NCBI GenBank assembly: GCA_965238265.1
Contig: OZ250185.1
Coordinates: 989,153 to 1,053,152 of the forward strand
DNA: 64,000 nt
Reading direction: 5' to 3'
DNA from: Chloroflexota bacterium
GTDB lineage: Bacteria; Chloroflexota; UBA11872; UBA12225; JAJDUF01
Position numbers and translations under genes: made by a program. Below are positions 57,493 to 64,000 of the stretch, piece after piece. The notes below the pieces were generated by a model. That model worked only from the letters and a program-made list of their open reading frames with translations, did no database searches and was not told the origin of the DNA. Numbering within the stretch: the stretch's first letter is position 1; every line of letters starts with the position of its first letter.

Positions 57493-59613
57493 CTAGCCAC
57501 TGACCACTGGATAGGTGAAGACGTGGTCGGCCGGGGGTAGCTCCGCGAGCTGCGGCAGCTGCCTCTCCGCATCGGCCGCCAGCAACCACAGGTCGCGGGT
57601 ACCACCACGCTCCACCAGGCACGCCAGCGGCGGCGCGTGTGGGTCTTGCGCCGGGAACCATGTGACGCGCTCGACGGTGGGCTGTGCCCGGTAGGGGTGG
57701 AAGAGCGCCGCGAAACAGGTGCGCTGGGCGCTGCGCCGGCGAATGACCACGGGCATGGTTTCCGACGCCGGATTGTCCGGCCCGAGCGCGGTAATGACCT
57801 GAGTCGGTGGTCCGCCGCTGAAATGCAGCTGTAGCCCGCCGCCATCCCCGGCGAAGGTCAGCGTGGCGGCTGCGGTACCGGCCCACTGCCGGGCGGCGGT
57901 GAGGTGGACATAACCTTCGTTCGCCTCCGTACCCGGCGCCAAGGGCTGGCTGGCGAGGGGGCTGGTCAACGTGCCGCGATTGTGATGCACCCAGTCAATA
58001 TCCCCCGCTTCCTCCCGCTCCACCAGGAAGAGGTCGAGAAAGTAGCCCTGTCCCACCAGGAATACCCGCCGCAGCCGGGCGTCGCCATAGAGGCCAGGCT
58101 CCCCCCAGGCGACGGCGGCATCAGCGATGCCAAAGGGGCCGTCCTCCGGGGCGCGAAAGCGCCGCAGCTCACCACGGCCCGGCGGCTGGGCTGTCTGATC
58201 CAGCAGGACCGTGTTATGGCTCAGGGTATGCCGATACCAGGTGTCATTGAGGCCGATGCCGTAACCGGGCGTACCGAGATCGGGTGACAACCGCTGGTCA
58301 TCGAGCATGAGCAGCATGGTGAGCTTGTCGGGATGTCCATGCGTGCCGCCGTGCCGCCCGTACTTGAGGAGGAGATAGGGCTGCTCGTCCTCGTGGGCGC
58401 CCCAGTGGCGCAGCACTGCGTAGCCCGAGGGCGGCAGGTGGACACTCGCCGGAACGGGCACGTCGTCGGCCGGCAGTGGGTCGAGACCGTAGAGCAACGC
58501 CTCGACCGTATCGCGCGGCCGCTCCCGGTAGGTGCGCTGGAGCACGGCCCGGTACGCCGGTTCGTTGTACCAGGCGGCGGCGACCTCATAGAAGCCGGCC
58601 GATGACGGGATACCGTGACCGCACTCGTCGAGCAGGCTGGTGTGGTACCAGCAATCGTTGAACGCCGGCAGCGTCAGGTCGGGATAGGCCCACTGGAGCG
58701 GAGCCGACAGCATCGCGCGGATCTGTGGGACCGGCCGCAGATCGGTCTCGGTGCCTTCGCTCGCCCGCGCATGCCAGAGGAGGGGGGCCAGGGAATAGAA
58801 ATGGTAACTCGCCGAGCCTTCATACCACGCGCCATCGGCCAGTATTCCCTGCGTCACCTGATTGTGGAACCCCACCGGGCCGGACAGCGCCCATTCGGTC
58901 AGGTCCGCGCGGTCGGTTACGATACCGATGGTGCCAATCGCCGCGTTCAGCCAATTCTCGATGTTGTGAATCCGGTTTAGCCGGTTGACCCGCAGGTGCT
59001 CCGCTGCGGGGATGAGCAACCGCTCCCGGATAGTGGCGAGGTCAGCGGCCGCGAGCGTCTCGCGCAAAAACCAGGTGGCCCAGGCCAGTGGGATGATCCA
59101 GACGCTCTCGTCCAGGGCGCTGAACGTGACCTTGCCCTTCACCGACCGGCCATTCTCGTGCTCGAAGTCGGCATACCGCTCGGCGTACCCGAGCAGAATA
59201 TCCCGCGCCTTGTCCCGGTGCTCGGCAGTACCCGCGATCTGCCACAACAGGGCAAGCCGAAACGCCGCCTCGGCCAGATCGTGGTTGACGGACCAGAGCC
59301 ATGCCGCGTCATACGGTTCACCGGAGAACCACGCCCCGTCAACCGGGCAGCGATGCCGATGGGGGCTGGTCGGATCGTATTCGAGCTGGACCGCATGATC
59401 TGGACAGAAGAATTCGTGGTAGTAGCCGGCCGGGCGCTCCGGCAAGTACAGGGGCCGCTCGAATGTCCAAGCCACGTCGGCGTGTAACCGCCGCATCGCC
59501 GCGGCAAAGGCCGGCGCTGTAGCCCGCGTGCGGATCAGATCGAGCTGTTGCGTACTAAGCATTGTGCGTTTCCTGTCGGTAGGGAAGTGATGCGTTCTGC
59601 GCCGCACCATCAT
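57493..59613 (-). CDS. Heparinase II/III-like polysaccharide lyase family protein
   Basis: 706-aa ORF with an N-terminal alpha/alpha toroid-like region and a C-terminal beta-sandwich. By-eye resemblance only. Confidence 0.45.
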   Translation of the reverse strand: MMVRRRTHHFPTDRKRTMLSTQQLDLIRTRATAPAFAAAMRRLHADVAWTFERPLYLPERPAGYYHEFFCPDHAVQLEYDPTSPHRHRCPVDGAWFSGEPYDAAWLWSVNHDLAEAAFRLALLWQIAGTAEHRDKARDILLGYAERYADFEHENGRSVKGKVTFSALDESVWIIPLAWATWFLRETLAAADLATIRERLLIPAAEHLRVNRLNRIHNIENWLNAAIGTIGIVTDRADLTEWALSGPVGFHNQVTQGILADGAWYEGSASYHFYSLAPLLWHARASEGTETDLRPVPQIRAMLSAPLQWAYPDLTLPAFNDCWYHTSLLDECGHGIPSSAGFYEVAAAWYNEPAYRAVLQRTYRERPRDTVEALLYGLDPLPADDVPVPASVHLPPSGYAVLRHWGAHEDEQPYLLLKYGRHGGTHGHPDKLTMLLMLDDQRLSPDLGTPGYGIGLNDTWYRHTLSHNTVLLDQTAQPPGRGELRRFRAPEDGPFGIADAAVAWGEPGLYGDARLRRVFLVGQGYFLDLFLVEREEAGDIDWVHHNRGTLTSPLASQPLAPGTEANEGYVHLTAARQWAGTAAATLTFAGDGGGLQLHFSGGPPTQVITALGPDNPASETMPVVIRRRSAQRTCFAALFHPYRAQPTVERVTWFPAQDPHAPPLACLVERGGTRDLWLLAADAERQLPQLAELPPADHVFTYPVVSG

Positions 59614-59761
59614 CCGTCTTCAGCAAGCTGCCTAGCTCCTTCACTCGACGGGGCTGGGATAGGGCTAGGCGAGCACATAATACCAGGCTTACTCCGGTTG
59701 CTTCTGGTTCCATCCTAGTGCTACTTTCGGCCAAGTGCCAGGAGCCGGACCGACCACCGGC

Positions 59762-60865
59762 TCAGATGGTCACGCCGGCTTCGGCAGCGAGCCGGCGCAC
59801 GAGCGTGTTGAACAACGCACCACGCGACCGGCGGATGCTGGCGGCGTCCTGCTCACGGGCCAGGCCAAGCGCGCGGTCCCAGATATTCATGGCATCCTGC
59901 GCGTCCAGGGCACGCAGCACCTTCACATAGAACCCGCGCGAGGCCCCGGTCTCTCCCAATACTCCCTCGGCATGTTCTACCTGCTCGCGCCAGTCGGGAC
60001 GCTCGGCGAGCAGGTCAACGGGACCACGCTTGCGTTGCTGTGTGGATGTAGCTTGTTGAGTGTGACCCACAATCGATTCTCTATCGAATCCGATTCGACG
60101 AATCGTGTCGGCCAGTTTGACCGGCTCATTACTTGTCGGTTGCTGCTCTAATCTGGCCGTTGGGCTAAGGTGGTCAGATTGACCGGCTGACATTTCCTGC
60201 CGGTCAATCTGGCCGGCTAAGGGCGCCAGCGCTGCGTTCCTGCTCGTCACTGGTGCTCCGTGGCCACCATGGGGATGAGCGGCCGCCGCGGTGGTCGCCT
60301 CGATAGGCGGCCTAGCGGTTGGGGCCGGTGCGGCCGCCGCTTTGCGGCGCGAGCGTGCGGGTGACTTGGTGGCCACGGAGCTCCCGTCCGTTCCGAGCGA
60401 GACGGGGAAGCCGCACATTTCTTCGGTGCGAGGTGGGCGGTCCGTGTCTTGGGCCAGCGCCATGGCCAGCTGCTCGTCTTCTTCGGTGAGCGGGTCGTCG
60501 AGGGCCACGATATAGCGGTTGTGTGCCTGAACGCCGTGGCCGACGGACGGATCATAGCGCCACTGATGCTGACGTTGGACAAAAGGGGCTAGGCGCTCGT
60601 CGGTCAAGTGGCGCCGCAGGGTGCGTTCCGAAATGCCGACGAGGCTGGCGAGTTTTGCCGCGGACAGCTCAACAGACTGGCCGTTCTGGGTCAGGCAGAG
60701 GCGGCGAAGCTGGATGATGAGCAGTGACAAATCGCCCCCCAGCCGTGGCGCCCAGCGGGTGAGGAAGTAGTCGCGGACGGGCAAGGTGACATCGGGCCGC
60801 ACCAAGCGGTTGTAGATCGAGCGATAGACGCCCATCAACTGAAGTGTGTGGGACTCTAGTTCCAT
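59762..60865 (-). CDS. HTH DNA-binding protein (367 aa) with a low-complexity Ala/Arg-rich C-terminal half. It may be a replication-initiator-like or phage-type regulator.
   Basis: LSAAKLASLVGISERTLRRHL HTH motif. Confidence 0.4.
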   Translation of the reverse strand: MELESHTLQLMGVYRSIYNRLVRPDVTLPVRDYFLTRWAPRLGGDLSLLIIQLRRLCLTQNGQSVELSAAKLASLVGISERTLRRHLTDERLAPFVQRQHQWRYDPSVGHGVQAHNRYIVALDDPLTEEDEQLAMALAQDTDRPPRTEEMCGFPVSLGTDGSSVATKSPARSRRKAAAAPAPTARPPIEATTAAAAHPHGGHGAPVTSRNAALAPLAGQIDRQEMSAGQSDHLSPTARLEQQPTSNEPVKLADTIRRIGFDRESIVGHTQQATSTQQRKRGPVDLLAERPDWREQVEHAEGVLGETGASRGFYVKVLRALDAQDAMNIWDRALGLAREQDAASIRRSRGALFNTLVRRLAAEAGVTI

Positions 60866-60976
60866 GTGATGGCTCCTCGTCGTGCGATGATGCGTAGTAG
60901 CTGTGACAAGGGTGAGTAGCTCTTGACTGCTGGGGCTGCCTCGTCCGCCGGAGTAGGGTAGGGCAGTCCCAGCGGA

Positions 60977-61456
60977 TCACTGGCGCTCGGCACCTCCCTC
61001 CGTACCTCCCGGCTGCCGGCGCTGAGTCGGCGCGTGGTCCACTGGCAGCGCCAGCAGCCCATCCAGGTAGAACGCCTCCCAATAGAGCGGTTGGGCGTCC
61101 TGGCGGCTGGGCCGTTCTTCCCACTCGCCCAGCAAGAAGACCTGCCCATGACCGACGTTGCGCGTGGCCAGCACTCGGCGCTGCCGCATGTCGGCAATCA
61201 GTTTTGTGATCGTATTCCGGCTTACGGGTAGGGCCTGGGCCATCAGCAGGCCCGCCGTCGCGTAGGCGGTCAGAAAGCCCTGCGCGTGGTACTCGCGCGC
61301 TTCACGGGGGCAATCGGCCTCGCCACGGCACACCCGCCGCCGCAGCCAGCCGTAGAGCTTCTGGCCGTCGGCGCTCCAGTCGTACAGCAGTGGGTGCTCC
61401 CGCAGACGGGTAGGGAAGTCCCAGATCATGGCCCCGTCCTCCCGCCGCCGCTCCAA
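60977..61456 (-). CDS. HTH DNA-binding protein (159 aa), a probable paralog of the N-terminal domain of 59762-60865
   Basis: SRNTITKLIADMRQRRVL HTH motif. Confidence 0.35.
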   Translation of the reverse strand: MERRREDGAMIWDFPTRLREHPLLYDWSADGQKLYGWLRRRVCRGEADCPREAREYHAQGFLTAYATAGLLMAQALPVSRNTITKLIADMRQRRVLATRNVGHGQVFLLGEWEERPSRQDAQPLYWEAFYLDGLLALPVDHAPTQRRQPGGTEGGAERQ

Positions 61457-61762
61457 CTATGCATTGAGGACATAGGTTGACCCACCGCACACGACCTATG
61501 TGGTGCCAGCATACGCAGGATACGATGCCTTTGCGACACAACCATTTCCTCGCCGGACCTCGACCACGATGCCGATGGCTAAGTACCCCGCCTGCCCGCC
61601 GCACTCCGAGTGTACCAGACGATGCACAAATTATCGCCAGCGCTACGATCCATAGCGTCACAACTCCTGTGCATCACTAGGATAGCACGGCATTCGCGCC
61701 GAATACGAACCGGCGGCAGTGGATCGGCGTCCGCTAGGCAGTGCCGCGGGGACGGCTTCCGC

Positions 61763-62173
61763 TCAACGGGCGTGCCACTGAGCGGCCAAGAGCGCGACGA
61801 CTTGCCGGAACCGCCGGCGGTCGGTAGCGGGGATGGTGGGGTTGGCGAGGATGGCTGTGACCTGGCTGACGGTAGTGTCCAAGGGGCCGAGCTGGGCCAG
61901 CGCTTGCGGGAGCTGACCGCCAGCTACCAGGAGCGTGTCAGTCTCCTCACCGGTGAGGCCCAGCGCCGTTGCCAACGCCAGGATGGCGGCCCGGCGGGGT
62001 GGTTCGCGCTGACCGCGCTCCAGTCTGCTCAGGTAGCTGAAGTCGAGACTCACCCGCCGGCCCAGGGCCGGCAGCGATAACTGGGCGCGTTGCCGATGCG
62101 AGCGGAGGAGCGAGCCGAACGAGGTCACACCGGGAGTATGCAGCATCTTGGTCACATTGGCAAACATCATCAT
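61763..62173 (-). CDS. XRE-family HTH transcriptional regulator
   Basis: LRSHRQRAQLSLPALGRRVSLDFSYLSRLERGQREPP is the classic XRE HTH. Confidence 0.7.
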   Translation of the reverse strand: MMMFANVTKMLHTPGVTSFGSLLRSHRQRAQLSLPALGRRVSLDFSYLSRLERGQREPPRRAAILALATALGLTGEETDTLLVAGGQLPQALAQLGPLDTTVSQVTAILANPTIPATDRRRFRQVVALLAAQWHAR

Positions 62174-62367
62174 GGATACTCGGCTAGCGCCAACCAGTCT
62201 TGGTCACATTGGCAAAATCATGAAGAGACCCGTACTCGATACAGTTTGCGCCGAGTAGCTGTCGGCGGGGGGCACGTTCTATCTCCTGTAGGGGCGTCCT
62301 CCCCGCCTGTAGAGGCACTGCCGCACTCCCCCTCTCTATCGCTCGGCGATGGAGAGGGGGCCGGGGG

Positions 62368-62994
62368 GTGAGGCGCGGTCCAACCCCGCGTGGTTGGGGT
62401 GGCGGGGTGGCCGACAGCTCTTGGGCCAGCGGGCTATACTCTGGCCGTAGCGTTGCCGGCTGGCGCGAGAACGATTCGGCTGGGGGAGGGCGAGTGATGG
62501 CGGTGTCGGGTGCTGCTTTCCGGGACGTGATGAGCCACTGGGCCACCGGTGTCACGGTGGTGACGACGTGCCATGACGGCGAGAACCACGGCATGACCGT
62601 GAATTCGTTCTCTTCGCTGACGGTGGAGCCACCGTTGGTGCTCTTCTGCGCCGACCGGTCCGCGCACACCTACGGGCTTGTCAAGGCAAGTGGCGTCTTC
62701 GTCGTCAACGTGCTCAGTGCGGGTCAAGAGGAGCTCTCGAACCTGTTTGCCGGCCGCTATCCGGAGCGCGACGCGGACCGCTTTGCCGGCGTAGCGTATC
62801 GGCAGGCAGCGACCGGAGCGCCCATTCTGCAAGGCAGTCTGGGGTATCTCGACTGTCGCGTGGTCGCGCGGTATCCGCAAGGTACGCATACCATCTTTGT
62901 TGGTGCAGTCGAGGCGGCGGAGCTGCTGCAGCCCGAGGAGCAGCCCCTCCTCTACTACCATCGCCGCTACCGGCAGTTTCGCGATCATCGGTAG
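62368..62994 (+). CDS. Flavin reductase (NAD(P)H:FMN oxidoreductase) domain protein. The probable start is the internal Met at about 62497.
   Basis: HWATGVTVVTTCHDGENHGMTVNSFSSLTVEPPLVLFC is the flavin-reductase-like domain signature. Confidence 0.75.
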   Translation: MRRGPTPRGWGGGVADSSWASGLYSGRSVAGWRENDSAGGGRVMAVSGAAFRDVMSHWATGVTVVTTCHDGENHGMTVNSFSSLTVEPPLVLFCADRSAHTYGLVKASGVFVVNVLSAGQEELSNLFAGRYPERDADRFAGVAYRQAATGAPILQGSLGYLDCRVVARYPQGTHTIFVGAVEAAELLQPEEQPLLYYHRRYRQFRDHR

Positions 62995-63060
62995 TGACCA
63001 GTACCGTCCGGGGCCGGGTGTGTCCGCGGCACGTCCGTCACACTGCTAGGGACTGAGCTA

Positions 63061-64000
63061 ATGAACCGGACCCATACCTTCCCCGTCGTGATCGTTCGTG
63101 GGACCAGCTATGAGTTGGGGCGGCAACATGGTGAACAGGCCGCGCCGCTGGTCGAGCAGTACCTGCTCTGGATCGAGCGCCTCACGGGGCTATCCAGAGA
63201 CACGCTCTGCCGCAACGCCATGCAGTTCGTCCCGCGGCTGGAAGCGCTCAGTCCGGCGTTGGTCGAGGAGGTGCGCGGCCTGGCCGACGGCGCGGGCATC
63301 TCCTTCGAGGAGGCGGTGCTCTGCCAGGCCCGCGCCGAAGCCGCGCATGCCCCCGCGGACGGCGGCTGCACGGCCTTTGCCCTGACTGGTGCAGCCACCA
63401 CCGACGGCCGCACGCTGGCCGGGCAGAACCAGGACCTCGCACCCGAATATGCCGACGTGACCATCGTGCTGCGGGTCCAGCCGACCGATGGCCGGCCGCG
63501 AGCCGTGATGGTCACATTTGCCGGACAGCTTGGCTACGCCGGGATGAACGAGTACGGTGTCGCGCACTTTGCCAATGCGCTCTACGATGCGCCCTGGCAG
63601 CCGGGCCTGCCGCACTATCCACTCAAGCGCCTCACCCTGGAGCAGCGCACGGTGGCCGACTGCGTACAGCTCTATCGTGACCACCGGGTCTGCTCGGCGG
63701 GCAATGTCGTGCTGTGCGACGGGCAGGGGAGTATTGGCGACATTGAGGCGCGACCGGAGGGGATCGCCGTCTACACCGACGAGCATCCCGACGCCCGCTT
63801 ACACACCAACCACTACGTCACGTCGCAGTTTGCCCCGTTCGAGACCAACTCGCTGGCCGACTCCTGCCCGCGCCTCGACCGCATCCGTGTGCTCGTGCAG
63901 GAGCACTGGGGCCGGATCACCGTGGATACTATGAAGACGATCCTGGCGGATCATGAAGGTGACCCGGCCGGCATCTGTCGTCATGGCGGGGAGGGCATGC
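63061..64000 (+). CDS. C45-family peptidase / acyl-CoA:6-aminopenicillanic-acid-acyltransferase-like protein, 5' partial (runs off the right edge). It is not in the ORF track because no stop falls within the window.
   Basis: Translation from the ATG at 63061 is open to the window end. It contains the ...ADGGCTAFALTG... Cys nucleophile context typical of the AAT/C45 family. Confidence 0.55.
   Translation, partial: MNRTHTFPVVIVRGTSYELGRQHGEQAAPLVEQYLLWIERLTGLSRDTLCRNAMQFVPRLEALSPALVEEVRGLADGAGISFEEAVLCQARAEAAHAPADGGCTAFALTGAATTDGRTLAGQNQDLAPEYADVTIVLRVQPTDGRPRAVMVTFAGQLGYAGMNEYGVAHFANALYDAPWQPGLPHYPLKRLTLEQRTVADCVQLYRDHRVCSAGNVVLCDGQGSIGDIEARPEGIAVYTDEHPDARLHTNHYVTSQFAPFETNSLADSCPRLDRIRVLVQEHWGRITVDTMKTILADHEGDPAGICRHGGEGM

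Noticed and set aside
63190-63786. 198-aa minus-strand ORF and plus-strand ORFs 63098-63385 and 63557-63934
   Set aside because: The real gene is the plus-strand frame starting at 63061 (the C45 peptidase-like protein), which has no stop inside the window and so is missing from the ORF track.

Overview
The window is a 64-kb high-GC (~65%) bacterial chromosome segment whose left 26 kb is a dense defense region.

(1) Positions 1-332 hold a type I-E CRISPR array running off the left edge. It has 29-nt repeats and 32-nt spacers. The repeat reads canonically (GGTTCCCCCGCACACGCGGGGATAGACC) on the minus strand. A complete minus-strand operon follows: cas2, cas1, cas6e, cas5e, cas7e, cse2, cse1, then a 550-bp spacer, then cas3. 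The spacer holds a tRNA-Leu-like sequence and a degenerate two-repeat mini-array in the opposite orientation.

(2) A vapBC (FitAB-like PIN/antitoxin) module lies immediately upstream of cas3 and overlaps its start. It sits inside a ~920-bp segment that recurs as a near-identical direct repeat 15.8 kb away (9915-10835 and 25705-26640).

(3) The two repeat copies bracket an ~15-kb co-directional island. It begins with a large-serine-recombinase C-terminal fragment and a ~1.4-kb degenerate non-coding stretch. It then holds a type I restriction-modification system made of hsdM, an MNT domain fused in frame to hsdS, and an hsdR split by a frameshift. Two HEPN/MNT pairs are embedded in that system; one MNT carries an in-frame TGA. 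Also embedded are a lower-GC PD-(D/E)xK-motif protein, a translationally coupled small protein plus DTGF-motif retropepsin-like aspartic protease cassette, and a decayed duplicate of the hsdR 5' end.

The right 37 kb is mostly metabolic. It contains:
- a sulfated-glycan-type cluster: an enolase-superfamily enzyme, a sulfatase, an AlkP-family enzyme, a large glycoside-hydrolase-like protein, and a sugar-binding protein with a collagen-like GXY repeat;
- an orphan HicB-like gene;
- two tandem single-Cache-like membrane proteins (the second frameshifted) upstream of a proVWX-type glycine-betaine ABC transporter;
- GNAT, sugar-phosphate-isomerase, PhyH and PmoA-like genes;
- infA;
- a class-III aminotransferase and a split xdhC;
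- a MacB-type efflux trio whose 801-aa membrane-fusion protein carries perfect 60-bp and 75-bp in-gene tandem repeats;
- a Phd/YefM-like antitoxin followed by a ribbon-helix-helix protein with no toxin;
- an enolase-superfamily enzyme and a heparinase II/III-like protein;
- three HTH proteins, a flavin reductase, and a C45-peptidase-like partial gene.

At least four families of short palindromic intergenic repeats are scattered through this half.

Every call is made by eye from the ORF translations and the DNA. No database search was run.
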